The position numbers and the translations under genes are program-made. A DNA stretch of 64,000 bases. Origin: Chiloscyllium plagiosum (taxonomy: Eukaryota). How positions within the stretch are numbered: position 1 is the stretch's first letter; each line of letters begins with the position of its first letter. The DNA lies in the NCBI RefSeq assembly GCF_004010195.1, contig NC_057750.1, positions 19,539,366 to 19,603,365 of the forward strand, given 5' to 3'. Under the pieces are notes generated by a model. It saw only the letters and a program-made list of their open reading frames with translations, searched no databases and was not told the origin of the DNA. Shown one piece after another: positions 23,253 to 36,290 of this stretch.

Positions 23253-23500
23253 ACCTCCAACTACAGTGGCCTCGGGCCTTTCCAACCGCCGCACATTTGA
23301 AAACGAGAAACAGAATCCCTCCCATCGCGTGCACCGCTCTGCCCATGCGCTGTGCATCCGCCAACAGTCGCTCACGCGCCCCCAACTCTGCGCTTGCGCA
23401 TTGCTCTATCCTGTCTGGATAGGGAACTTTCGTTATCGTTACTCGTGGCTGTGTAGACCAACCGTTATTGGCAGACACAAAATCTTTTAGGAGCCAGACG
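23253..23500 (-). promoter_or_regulatory. CpG-rich candidate promoter and first exon
   Basis: Many retained CpGs; NRF1-like TGCGCTTGCGCA at 23389-23400; CCAAT on the minus strand at 23467-23471; minus-strand donor GAG|GTGAG at 23255/23254. Confidence 0.45.
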
Positions 23501-23779
23501 GTCAAATAATGATGTGTAGAAATAATATCTTAACAGCATCTCAGACTGATGTGACAATGCAGCACGCAGCTTCCCCTGGGTGAAGTTTTATAGCATTGTC
23601 ACAACACAAATGGAGCCCACGTCTTGGTGTCAAACCAGATGACAAAATGTCGCGAGTAGACGAAGAGAATTTTTCAACAAACTGTTGTTTCTCCAAGTTG
23701 ACAAGATACCAGGACCAGATGACGTGATTCCAAGTTTGTGCGGAGCGAGTTGTGTCTCATGGTGGAGCTGATCTTGACT

Positions 23780-24165
23780 GTTCTTTGAGGATGAGGGGGA
23801 AACGGTTGATGTTGTCTACTTCAGTAAAGCCCTTGGTAAGATCCCTCGTGGCAAACTGGTACAAAAGGTGAAGTCACGTGGTATCGGGGTGAACTAATAA
23901 GATGGATACAGAACTGGCTTGGTCATAGGAGACAGAAGTAGCAGGGGAAGGATGCTTTTCAGAATGGTGGACTTTGACTACTGGTGTTCCACAGGGATCA
24001 GTGCTGTTTGTAAACTACACAAATGATTTGGAGGAAAACGGGGCTGCTCTAATTAGTACGTTTGCGAATAATACAAAGATTGATGGAGTTGTAGATTGTG
24101 AGGAGGATTGTCAGAGGATGCAGCATGATATGTTGAAGAAATGGGCAGAAAAATGACATTTGAAT
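23780..24165 (+). mobile_element. CR1 RT fragment
   Basis: [11 protein letters not shown]...FANNTKIDG...WAEK. Confidence 0.8.
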
Positions 24166-25319
24166 TTGAATTTCCTTTACTGTCACGTGCACTTGAATGA
24201 GTGCAGCGAAAGGTTTGTAATGTTGCCTTTTGGCGCCAGCTTAAGTGCAGGGTACCGAGGTACAGATACTTTAAGTTTTGTTACAGAATTGAATAGTAGA
24301 AAAATAGACAAGCATTGAATACAGAGTTTAAAAAGCTCAGGCTGACAATAAAATAAAGTATCTTTAAAGTACTCCAGTTGTAATCCTTTTCCACTCAGTC
24401 CATGAGCATCGGGCTTCAGGTGCAATAAAATTGGGGACCCAGAATGCACTGATCTCTGTTCAGGACTCGTCCCCATCTGGCCTGGGCTTGCTCTGCTTCC
24501 GCTCTGTTCCTGCTGCAATTTGCTCCAGGACCTAGCCCGTGAAGGCTCTGCTCCCCGGCCTGGACCCTGGTCACAACCCGCTTCTGGGACTCGGCCCGCG
24601 ATCGCTCTATTCCTCACTCTGGCCACAACTCGGCCCACGATCACTTAATGTAAATGTAAATCTATATGATCAACAGCAAAGGACCATGTAAAGAGCAAGT
24701 TTAATTCAAGGGCATTGTTTTCATAGCTGTGTATGTAATGGTCATTATTAATTTGCCAATAATAATTGCTTCATCTTGCTAACTGTCCCACCTGAAAATG
24801 ACTCACCAAGCACCCTTAACTCCGAAGTGGATGTGGATTTAGGATTTAAGTTTTACCAGAACTTGCTCTCAGTTTTAAGTGCTGAAAAATGGGATTAGTG
24901 AGGTGGATGCTTTGGGCTGGTTGAAGAGTGTTTTTTTTTACTTTCTCAGCTCTCTGACTCTTCCTGGAGGTAAAGAATACAGTATCAATGCACAGACATT
25001 TAGTTATCGGGTTTTAAAAACTAAAACTTCAAACATTATCTGCAACCCTACTTCATCCATGCTTGCGCTAATAAGCGGATATCAGGGTTAACTACAGAAA
25101 TCAGAGATGGAGGAGGGCTACTGTTGCTCGGGGTGGGGGTGCAATAAAATTGGGGACCCAGAATGCTAAAACTAGCGTCACATACTGCACGTGAATTTGT
25201 ATGACCCAGCCTTAGAATTCTCAGTCCTGCACTGAATTAGAGTGGAAGATTTTCAGAAGCAAGCTGGAATAATAACGGAATCAAGAATAAAGGAGCTCCA
25301 TTGTTACCAAAAGGCACTC

Positions 25320-25530
25320 AATCCTGTAAAAAGCAGGACAAATCCAACCCAGCCAATACCACCCCATCAATCTACTCTCAATCATCAGCTAAGTGATGGA
25401 AGGTATATCAACAGTGTATCATTCAGCATATGTTCAGCAATAACCTGCTTAGTGATGCCCAGTTTGGGTTCTGCCAGGTCCACTTAGCTGCTGACCTCAT
25501 TACAGCCTTGGTTCAAACACAGACAAAAAA
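25320..25530 (+). mobile_element. Decayed non-CR1 LINE RT remnant
   Basis: Frameshifted KQDKSNPAN...INLLSIIS...NNLLSDAQFGF...DLITALVQT; related decayed sequence at ~37250-38940. Confidence 0.65.
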
Positions 25531-25980
25531 ACAATGGACCCTTCAATTTTTCGTGCACAATCTATTCCATCACATGGGTAAACACAATGCCCTCCAATTT
25601 TTCATTGATATGCTATCCAACCATCTGAAGTCCCATTCCACATAGGTGGTCACAAACCTCCAGCACCACTTCATATGATCATAAGAAATAAGAACAGAGA
25701 TAGACCATTCAGCCCCTCAAGCTTGCTCTGCCATTTTTTAAGGTCATGACTGATCGGATTGTAACCTCAAATTCACATTCATGTCTGCTTCCTGGAACCC
25801 TGTTGATCAGACCAACTCTCTTGATGTCTTCATTGTTTCTCATTTCTCAGACTATGGGTCGGATATTTAGTATTTGATGAGGAAAATTGCTTGCAAATCA
25901 AATGTGAAGAGACTGAGTCCACTGACTTCTGTTCCCCTAGCTACGTAATTGGGAAAATTATAATGCTTAACAAGATCAAG

Positions 25981-26194
25981 ATTTGGAGATGCCGGTGTTG
26001 GACTGGGATGTACAAAGTTAAAAATCACATAACACCAGGTTTTAGTCCAACAGGTTTAATTGGAAGCACACTAGCTTTCAGAGCGACACTCCTTCATCAG
26101 GTGATAGATCCTGATGAAGGAGCGTCGCTCCGAAAGCTAGTGTGCTTCCAATTAAACCTGTTGGACTATAACCTGGTGTTGTGTGATTTTTAAC
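25981..26194. mobile_element. Palindromic PLE-derived element with two head-to-head hammerhead motifs
   Basis: ~85-bp inverted arms 26017-26101 and 26110-26194; CTGATGA-A-GGAGC(GTC)GCTCC-GAAAGCTA; flanking duplication TTAACAAGATCAAG at 25967-25980 and 26190-26203. Confidence 0.85.
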
Positions 26195-26314
26195 AAGATC
26201 AAGGTATTTTATCTGACTTTGAACTGAGTGACTAATCGCACACCTAGGCTACTTCCCAGAAGTTGCCCACCTTTCCAATTCATCTGTTTCTATAACTCTC
26301 ATCCATGCCTTTTC

Positions 26315-26505
26315 TGGGGGTCAGTTGGCTGGTTTGCAATGCACAGTAATGCCAACAGCATGGGTTCAATTCTGGCTGAGGTTACCACAAATATCTTCCC
26401 TTCTCAACCTCTCTCAACCATGCCTGAGGCATGGTCACCATCACATTGAACCACCATTAGTCATTTCTGTTTGAGAGAGCAGCCCTAGGGTCCAATAGGA
26501 CTTTA
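26315..26505 (+). mobile_element. Second tRNA-derived SINE family
   Basis: B-box-like GGGTTCAATTC; reverse copies at 39433-39647, 55051-55240, ~44815-44990 and ~60015-60190. Confidence 0.65.
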
Positions 26506-27324
26506 CCTTCACTTTGTTAATTCTAGGTCCAATTATTTCCAATGCTCTGCTGTCTTTTCTCTGAGTGTGGCCTCTCTGTAAACTTCAGCTCATCAAAAAT
26601 TCTAGTATCTAGATCCTAATGTGTACCTTGTCTCATTTATTGCAAAATCTGCTCTGGATATGAACAATTTTAAAATTCTTTTGTATTTTCAAATCATTCC
26701 ATGGCTTCACTTCTTTCATTTTTTGTAACCTCCTCCAACTTCACAATCATCCAAGATTTCTGCTCTGAGCAACTTCTAGTGTCTTGCATAATTCCAGTTT
26801 TTATCACTCCATCTGCTGAGATCCTAATCTCTGCCATTCCATTCCCTGAACCTGTCTGCCTCAATTTTTGAACAATATGTATGAACATGTTAATTAGGAA
26901 CAGGATTCAGCCTTTGGCAGCTGTCTGCCATTCAATGAGTTCATGGATAACTCAACAATTCCACTTGCTTCCTACCCCCTTACCCCCTATCTGACTCTCC
27001 TTTAAACTGCTCCTAAAATCCAATATTGCTCAAATTTTTCCTGCTGGTATGTTGACCTCTGAAATTTATGTTTGGCAGCAGCTTCCAATGTGGTAGTTAT
27101 ACCTCAGCACACTAATCGTTACCCAAAACCAACCATTTTACTACCATGTTCTCTTTGAATAAAATCCTTTCTCCTAACTAGGTCCATGCTATTACATTAA
27201 TCATACATTATAAAAAGTTCATTAAATATGTAAGCAGTCAGATGACTAGCTGTTTTGCAGAAAAAAAACTTAAGATTAGTGCAGTATCCTATAATATCAT
27301 TGCTATCTATACAAGGCTAATCTT

Positions 27325-28480
27325 TGTATAGACCCTTTGGTCCAACCAGTCTATGCCGATCATAATCTCAAACTAAAGAGTCCCATCTGCTTGTGCTGGG
27401 TCTATATTCTTCCAAACATTCCCTATGTATGGACTATCCAAATGTTTAAATATTGTTACTGTGCCCACATCCACCACTTCCGTTGGAGGTTCATTCCTCA
27501 CAACAACCACTCTTCTTACGAAACAAAAATCCTCAAGTCTTTTTAAAATCTTTCTTCTCTCACCTGAAAAGGATGCCCCCTCGTCTTGAACTCCCCTACC
27601 TGAGGGAAAAGACACCTGGCATTCACCTTACTTATCCCCGCATGATTTTATAAATCTCTGTAAGGCCACTCCTCACCTTCTTACACTCCAGTGAAAAAGG
27701 TCACCAGCCTATCCAGCTGCTCCTTATAACTCAAACCCTCCATTCCTAGAAACATCCTGATAAAGCTCTTCTGAACCCTCTTGAGCTTAATAGTATCCTT
27801 CCTATAACAGGGCGACTAGAATTGGACACAGTATTCCAGAAGAGGCCTCATCATCATCCTGTACAACCTCAAAAGGCTGTCCCAACTCCTATACTCAATG
27901 GTCTAACCACCTTGTATATCCATGACACAACTTTCACAGATGTACATACCTGAACCCCTAGGTCTCTCTTTTCGACGACCATACCCAGGGCCCCACCATT
28001 AACTATACAAGTTCTGCCCTTGCTCATTTTGCGAAAATGCATTATCTCAAATTCATCCAAATTAAACTCCATCTGCCACCCCATTGGCCCAATTGATCAA
28101 GACCCTTTGTAATCTTAGATAACCGTCTTCACTATGCACTATACCGCCAATCTTGGTGTACTCTGCAAACTTACTGACCATGCCTTCCATATTCTCATCT
28201 AAACAATTCAAATAAATTACAAACAAAAGCAGATCCAGCATTGTTCCCTATGGAATGCCACTGGTCACAGGCTGCAGTCTGAAAAATTAATGCTTCACCT
28301 TCATCCCCTGTCTCCTGCCATTAAGCCAATTTTGTATCCAATTGGTAAGCTCACTCTGAATCCTATGTGATCTAACAATACTACTTAGTCTACCATGTGG
28401 AGTCTTGTCAAAGTCTGGTTCATTAAAGTCCAAGCAAACAATATCTAACAGTCTATCCTCATCAATGTCCTTGGTTACCT
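27325..28480 (-). mobile_element. Decayed CR1 (RT to 3' end)
   Basis: Minus ORF 27869-28084 WQMEFNLDEFEIMHF...RDLGVQV. Confidence 0.85.
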
Positions 28481-28890
28481 TTTCATAGAATCCTTACAGC
28501 GTGGCCAACTATCTGAAAAGAATCCCATCCATTACCCTATCCTTGTAACCCTGCATTTTCTAAAGCTAACCCAGCTAGCTTGCACATCCCTGGACACTGG
28601 GCAATTTAGATCATCAAACATTCTAGTACTTAGATCCTAATGTGCACCTTGTCTTGTTCACTATTACATCTGCTCTTAATATGCTTAATTTTAAAATTGT
28701 TTTGTATTTTCAAGTCATTCCATGGCTTCATTTCTTTTACCCAACCTGCACATTTTTGGATGGTGAGAGGAAACTGGAGCACCCAGAGGAAACCCACACA
28801 GACATGGGGAGAATGTACAACTCCACACAAGGCTAGAATTGGACTCAGGTCCCTGGCACTGGGAGGCAGCAGTGCTAACCACTCTGCCAC
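28480..28890 (-). mobile_element. Old HE1-like SINE interrupted by a duplicated segment (28611-28738)
   Basis: GGGCAATTTAG at ~28600 and CAACCTGCACATTTTTGGA...GTGCTAACCAC at 28742-28882. Confidence 0.75.
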
Positions 28891-28903
28891 CTCAAACTGT
28901 TTT

Positions 28904-28976
28904 CACCCTAGATGGGGCTTGAAGTCACAATCCCTGGCTTAGAAGGCTAATACTTTATCCATTAGGATACTGGGGC
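28904..28976 (-). pseudogene. tRNA-Arg(CCT)-derived pseudogene
   Basis: Minus strand GCCCCAGTATCCTAATGGATAAAGTATTAGCCTTCTAAGCCAGGGATTGTGACTTCAAGCCCCATCTAGGGTG (73 nt) is colinear with vertebrate tRNA-Arg-CCT; B box and stems are damaged. Confidence 0.8.
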
Positions 28977-29336
28977 CAGGCCCTTAAAAATGCATTCATA
29001 GGATTTGAGCGTCACTGGCCAGCATTTATTGCTCATACCCAATTAAGGTACATATGTAGGCCAGACCAGGTAAGTATAGCAGATTTCCTTTCCTAAAGGA
29101 TATTAGTGAACCAGATGGGTTCTTCCCCAATCATTTCTGGATTCATAATCATCATTTCACTCTTCCTTCCAGCGATTATTGAATTCAAATTCGACCCTCT
29201 GCTATGGTAGGATTTGAACAGGCAACTGAAAATGCCACTAGGCCATTGCCTCCCCTTCAAAAAATTTGAAGGGGATCAGTCCTTGCCTTTCCAAATGCAC
29301 ATAAATCCTACCTTTCAGAATCACTTCCAACAACCT

Positions 29337-30110
29337 GGGCGGCACGGTGGCACAGTGGTTAGCACTGCTGCCTCACAGCGTCTGAGACCCGGGTTCATTT
29401 CCCGCCTCAGGCGACTGACTGTGTGGAGTTTGCACGTTCTCCCCGTGTCTGCGTGGGTTTCCTCCGGGTGCTCCGGTTTCCTCCCACAGTCCAAAAGATG
29501 TGCAGGGTTGTTTTAAAAAATTCTCAAGGTCAGGTTCGTAGGAGAGTAGTCTGACACAGAACAAACGACCAAGAGGCGAGACTGCTAGAATATGGGCATT
29601 TTATTCCCCGCAGTGTCGCACAACGGGTCTGGTTTATGCTCACTCTACATGTTACAAAAACTGGGAGCCGTCAGTTCTTGTAGAGCGGTTGCCAACAACC
29701 CACGCTCGGCGGTTAAACGTAACCCCGGAGCAGACTCACCGAACTGGAGACTTTTCCAGCTTTTTATTCTTTTCCAGATATAAACATTCATGTGAACAGC
29801 AGAGCAAGGCTAAAAAACACATTCCATTCTGGTTACATACAGATAAGAAGATTCACACGGGACTAAGCAACACCTCCATTCCGGTTAGATTCACACATGT
29901 ATTGGGACATAATTTTTAACCGTTTCACCACATTCCACTGCTTGGAATTTTACACCACAAGGGTCAGGTGAATTGGCCATGCTAAATTGCCCGTAGTGTT
30001 AGGTAAGGGGTAAATGTATGGGTGGGTTTCGCTTCGGCGGGTCGGTGTGGACTTGTTGGGCCGAAGGGCCTGTTTCCACACTGTAATGTAATCTAATGTA
30101 ATCTAATCTA
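29337..30110 (+). mobile_element. HE1 SINE split by a solo LTR
   Basis: Head at 29337-29508, tail at 29960-30110 ending (TAATC)n. Confidence 0.92.
29509..29959 (-). mobile_element. Solo LTR, family C
   Basis: TG...CA termini with exact 5-bp TSD AGGGT (29504-29508 and 29960-29964). Confidence 0.85.
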
Positions 30111-30204
30111 ACCTATCCACCAGACTCCCAAATGTATAGTTCCTGGGCTTCTGCTTAGGTGTCTTTTAAACAAAGGCACAATATTTTTTTGCAATTGCTC
30201 CATA

Positions 30205-30755
30205 GCTCATGGACCAGGCCAGACCCCTAAAATATTTTAAAAAGGTAACCTAGACCCTTTTTCTTATTTTAAAGGCAGATGTGAAGTGGATATTCCAGTA
30301 TGATGCAGCTGATCAAATCATTCAGCTTTAAGCAAAACACTACAGTTGAAACATGAACAGAAGAAAATGGAATTTGGAATAACTGAACTACTGGAAAACT
30401 TAACTGACCTGATACAGCAACTTAGGGAACTGTTCCAATCCAGTAACATCCAATATGCACACCCCTTGGCAGAATGGTAAATTGAAACACAATTCCTTAC
30501 AGGCAGGAGGGCAAAACATCCAAAAAGATTTCAGAGAGAAAGTCAGTGACAGAAGATTGCAATCTTCCTGGATTCCAGCATCTTGTGACTGCCACAGCCA
30601 AACCAGATAAAAAAAGACCTGAACTGGGAAAACTTGCCACTCCCCTGCCATTATTAAACTAGGCTCTTCCTAGATCCTGGCCCCTCTACTTTTCTACAAC
30701 CTCTCTTAAAAAAACAGAAGGACAAAATAACCTTGTTAAAGTGACAGCATTGTCA
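30205..30755 (-). mobile_element. Solo LTR, family A (diverged)
   Basis: Similar to 8650-9184 (ATGGACCAGGCCAGACCC...GACAGCATTGTCAC). Confidence 0.75.
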
Positions 30756-30759
30756 CTTA

Positions 30760-32370
30760 ATCTAAGTGTGGCCTAATCAAAGTCTTAAAGCTACAACATT
30801 ACATCCTGTCACTTGCACTCAATTCCCTGACCAATCAAGGCAAGCATGCCATACACTTTCTTTACCACCCAATCTACTTTCAGGGAGCTACAGACTTGTA
30901 CCCCAAAATCCTTTTGTATTTCAATGCTATTTAGAGTCTTGCCATTAACTGTATATTTACCATTTGCTCTCCAAAGTGCAGCACTTCACACTTACCTGGA
31001 TTAAACTCCATGTGACATTTCTCTGCCTATATCTGCAACAGATCTGTATCCCGCTGTATCCTTTGACAACCTTCCACACTATCCACAACACCAGTGATCT
31101 TTGTATCATCTGCAAACTTACTAACCCATCCACCTGCATTTAAGTCAAAGTTCCAGAACGGATCCCTTCCAAACACTACTAGTCACTGACCTTCAACCAG
31201 AAAAGCACCATTCCACAATTGCCCCCTGTCTTTTATAGGCAAGCCAATTCTGAATCCAAACTGCCAAGTCATCATGGATCCTGTGCAAGTTAATCATCTG
31301 GATGAGCCTACCATGTGGGAACTTGTCGAAAGCCTTACTAAAATCCATGTGGACAACATCCACTGTTCTACCCTCATTGATCACCTCTGTCACCTCCTCA
31401 ATCAAGTTAGTAAGACATGACCTAACCTAGACAAAGCCATGTTGACTGTCTCTAAGTAGCCCATGTTTTTCCAAATGTGTGTAAATCCTATCCCTAAGAA
31501 TTCTCTCCAATAGCTTCCCAACCACTGATGTGAGACTCACCCATCTATAATTTCCTGGATTATCCCTATTTCCATTCTTGAACAGTGGAACAACATTAGC
31601 TACTCGCCAGTCCTCCAGGACCTCTTCAGCAGCTAGTGAGGATACAAAAATCTTGGTCAAGACCTGAGAAATCTCCTCTCTTGCCCTTTCTTAATAATCT
31701 GGGATAGATACCGTCGGGGCCTGTGGACCTATCCAACTTAATGCTATTCAAGAGATCCAACTCCACTTCTTCATATCACATTCCCAGGAATGTTAGCGTG
31801 CTCCACACAAATCCCACTACCCTCAATATCGTTTGCCCCTAATGAATACCTTTGCAAAGTATCATTTTGGAACTCACCCACATCATCTAGCTTCAAGTAC
31901 AATTTTCCTCCTTTATCCGTTAGTGATCCTACTTTCTCACTAGTTATCCACTTGTTTTCAATGAATGAAAAGAATGTCTTTAGATTCCCTTTAACTCAAC
32001 TTGCCAAGGTAATTTCATGGCCCCTTTTTGCTCTCCTAATTCCCTGCTTGAGTACTTTTCTTATTTCCTTATATTCCTCACAGGCCCAGTCTGATTTTAG
32101 CTTCCAAAAACTTGAAAATGTTCCTTTTCCCCTTTTGATTAAATTCCTACTGTCCCTCATTATCCACGGGTTCCTTACCTTGCCATCCTTATCCTTCTTC
32201 CTTTCTAAAATATGCCGATCTTGAAATCTCATCAAGTCTTTAGTTAGTTCCCACATGTGAAATGTGGACTTGCCTGGTAACAACTCCTCCCCATTAACAC
32301 TCCCTAGCTCCTGCCTAATTTGCCCTGGCCCTAATTTAGTACCTTCCTGAAGGATCCTGATTTATTCTTG
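30760..32370 (-). mobile_element. Decayed CR1 ORF2
   Basis: Minus ORFs DFSKAFDKFPHGRL and DWRVANVVPLFK...DSQHGFV. Confidence 0.88.
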
Positions 32371-32679
32371 TTCTTCACAAGGTGAGTACAATTACAGTAT
32401 TTAAGAGACAAGTATGTTGAGAGGAAATTTAGATGGTTATGGGTCAAACACAGCCAAGTGGGACGAGTTCAGTTTGGGAAACCTGGGTGGTATAGATGAG
32501 TTGGGCCAAAGGTTGGTTTCTGCGGCATATGATTATTTTCTGTAGGCAATGAAAGCTAGTTTATGTCACACATCAAGTATTATTAAAAGTTACTTTTCTT
32601 TTAGGCATAATGTTATTAAGGACATACATGAGATACAGAGTGAGAAGGCTAGTAGGTTTAGAAAGATTTACACAGCAGG

Positions 32680-35600
32680 ATCAGTCAGATAGATGGGTGA
32701 CTGTCAGGAAAGGTAAGAAGATAGTTCAAAATTCTCCAGTGGCTATTCCTCTAACAAATAGATATTTAGTTTTTGGAACTGTTGAAGAGGATAGTAACTT
32801 CAAGGGATATGGAAGGGGCAGTCATTTATTGGAATGATTCTTATGTTAGGCAGCATTTGACAAAATGTAATTATTGTTTTCGGGGACTCTCCTGTCAGGG
32901 GGATAGATAGGAGATTCTGTGGCAATGAATGTAAATTTGGGATGGTTTGTTCCTTTCCTGGTGTTAGGATTAAGGATGTCTGTAAACGTTTCAAGCATAT
33001 TGTTAAAGGTGAGATTGAGAGGCTGAAAATTATTGGACACACTGGTAGGAATGATATTTTTAGGGAGATGGTTAAAGCAGCGTTGAGTGAATTTAAGAGG
33101 TTAGGACGAAGATTAAAAATGAAGCCTTAAGCATAGTAATCTCTGGTTTATTCCCAATGCTAAACTCAAACAAGGGAAAGAATATGAAGATAAAGAAGAT
33201 AAATCAATGCCTGAAGAGGTGGTTTATTGTTCAGGATTCAGGTTTTTGGACAACTGGAAAGTCTTTTGGGTTAGATAAGATCTTTTCAAAAAGGATGCTC
33301 TAACCTGAACTGGAAAGGGTCTAATATCCTAGCAGGGAGATTTGCTCGTTCCATTAAGGGAGACTTTATATTGATCGAGAATGCGAGTGGTGGAATTCTA
33401 AACATTGTAAATAGAAAGATTGATAGGGAAGATGAAACAAGCACATCAATTAGAAAACAAAGGCAAGTAACTAAAGAACTAAATTGTATTTATTTCAATG
33501 CAAGGGCTCTTACAGGTGAGGCTGATGAACTCATGGCATGCTTAATATCATGGGACCTGGACATCATGGCTACAACAGAAACCTGGCTGAAAGTTGGACA
33601 AGATTGGTATCTCAACATTTTGGGTTTCAACTGCAACAGAAGGATAAGAACGGAAGCAAGAAAGGAGGGGATGTGGCATTATTAATTAAGTAATACATGA
33701 ATGCTGTAACTAGAAAAGATATTTCTGAAAAATCATCCAGTGAAAATATATATGTAGAAATTATAAATAAGGAAGGAAAGAACACCTTGATCAGATTGTA
33801 TTATAGCAGTGAGTTGAGGGCTGTGTAGGTTAAGTTACATTTACCTTTGCATTAACCCTTGGCACAACATCATGGGCCAAAGGGCCTGTTCTGTGCTGTA
33901 CTTTCCTATAGGCCCTCCAAAAGTAAGAAGGACATTGAGAAATAAATATGTAGGGAGGTCTCAGATATATGTTAGCATAATATGGTTGTAATAATGGTGT
34001 TGACTCAAAAAGAAAGTCTTGGACCACGCAAAAAATTTCAATATGAACACTTACTTTATTTCAATGAAGCTGGCAAGAGATCAATAGTCTATAATCCAGT
34101 GTATCAATCAAAATATCCCTGGATTGATGAAAGAGACATCTCTGATTTTTAGCAAAAAGGCAGCTTATTTTATAGCCCTTTTGTGCCGAACAATTTTGTA
34201 TATTTCATTTCCTACAATATAACATTTCTACCTCCAATTAAGTTCTCATAATTAAAATTAGATAATTACTACATTTTAGTCCTGTTCTCATATATTGAAG
34301 ACAAAGCTATTGATTTAAAATATTTCTTCACCTGGTGCCATTCTCTTGCACCAAAGTAGATAAAGCTAAACATTTATCAGTATTCTATTAATTTGCATTG
34401 CCTGGGAAAGCAGAACTACAAGGTCTTACATTCCTTAATTTGTTCTCATGGTCACTGTGACTTCAATTTTAAACTTGTAAGGCAAATTATTATTTCAAGA
34501 TGGAAGTTGAAAATGGAGGCCATTAACCATTGATTTCCCAATACTTTATCAACGGGAGATTTTAATTTTCCAAACATTGACTGGGGATGCCATAATGTCA
34601 AAGGTTTGGATGATGAAGAATTTGTTACATGCGTTCAAGAAAATTTTCTTTATGAATATGCGGATGCTTCGATGATAGAAGGAGCAAAACAAGACCTTCA
34701 GTTGGGCAATAAGGCAGTGCAGGTGATTGAAGTAAAAGTGGGGAACAGTTTGGGTTTGTCAATCATAATTCTGTTAGTTTCAAAATAGTTATGGAAAAGG
34801 ATAAGCTTTCCATAAAAGTTAAAGTTTTAATTGGAGTAAGGCTAATTTTAATGGGATGAGACAAAAACTTTTAAAAGTTGACTGGAGAAGACTGTTCACA
34901 AATAAAGGGATGACTGATGAGTGGAAGGCTATCAAGAGTGTGATGGCAAGAGTTCAGAGTTGAGAGATGTTATATTCCAATTGGAGCGAAGGTTAAAGCT
35001 GGTAAGACTAAGGAACAATGGTTGAATAAAGATATTGAAGTTCTAATCAAGAATAAACCAGAATCTTATTTTAGATACAGACAACTTGGTTCAATTGAAT
35101 CTGTCAATCAATATGAAGAGTGCAGTGACATTCTTAAGAAAGAAATCAGGAAGGCAAAGAAGAGTTATGAGACTGCATTAGCAGATAAGGTTAAGGATAA
35201 TCCAAAGAGATTTTACAAATATGCTAAGGACGAGAGGGTAACTAGAGGAAGGGTAGACTCCTTTAAAGATCAGTGAGATTATCTTTGTGTTGAACCACAG
35301 AAGATGGGAGAGATACTAAATTAATATTTTGCATCAGATTCCACTGTGGAGAAAGAAATGGGAATTGAGAAAATGCAGAGAAATTCATTTTGATGGTTTA
35401 AAAACAGTAACATTACAGAAGAGGTAGCTTGGGATAAATATAAACATGGATAAATCTTCGGGACCTGATCTAAAGTATGGGAGGTGAGGGAAGAAATTGC
35501 AAGACCCCTTGCAGAAATATTTACATCATCTATAACTACAGGTGAGGTGCCCAATGACTGGAGGTTGGTTAATGTGGTAACTTTGTTTCAGAAAGATTGT

Positions 35601-36290
35601 AAGGAGAATCCAGAGAACTCTCGACCTGTGAGTCTGACTTCAGTTGGGGGTAAATTGTTGGAAGTGATTTTAAAAGATCGGATTTATGGACATTTAAAGA
35701 GGCAAAAATCGATTAGGGATAGTCAGCATTGTATTATGTGAGGAAAATTATGACTCACAACCTTGATTGAGAGTTTTGAGGAAATAACCAAAAAGATTGA
35801 TGGTGGCAGAACAGTAGACTTAAACGTTAGTAAAGCCTTCAACAAGGTTTTGCATGGTAGACTATTAGTACAGTTGGGTCACAAGGGATTCAGGGTCAGC
35901 TTGCCAATTGGATACATAATTGGTTTAACAGCAGGTGCTAGAGAATGATGGTGGAGGGTCATTTTTCAGACTGGAGACCTGTTGTCAGCTGTGACCCACA
36001 GAGATTGGTTCTGGGTCCCCTTTTGTTTGTGGTTTATATAAATAATTTGGATGAGAATATAGAAGGCATGGTTAGTGAGTTTGTGGACATCCCCAAAATT
36101 GGTGGCATAGTAGAAAATGAGGAAGCTTTTCTAAGATTTCAAAGGGATGTTGATCAAATGGGTCGATGGGCTGAATAATGGCAGATGAAGTTCAATCTGA
36201 ATAAATGTGAGGTATTGCATTTTGGTACAACAAACAAGGAAAGGGCTTGTACAATTAACGGTTGGGCCTGGGATAGTACCGACCAAAACA
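32680..36290 (+). mobile_element. Old AT-rich CR1 (ORF1 esterase to RT) with nested insertions
   Basis: [41 protein letters not shown] motifs. Confidence 0.85.
33998..34554. mobile_element. Probable solo LTR inserted in CR1
   Basis: TGTTGA...TCAAC(G) inverted termini interrupting the CR1 IM-GDFN motif; no clear TSD. Confidence 0.55.
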
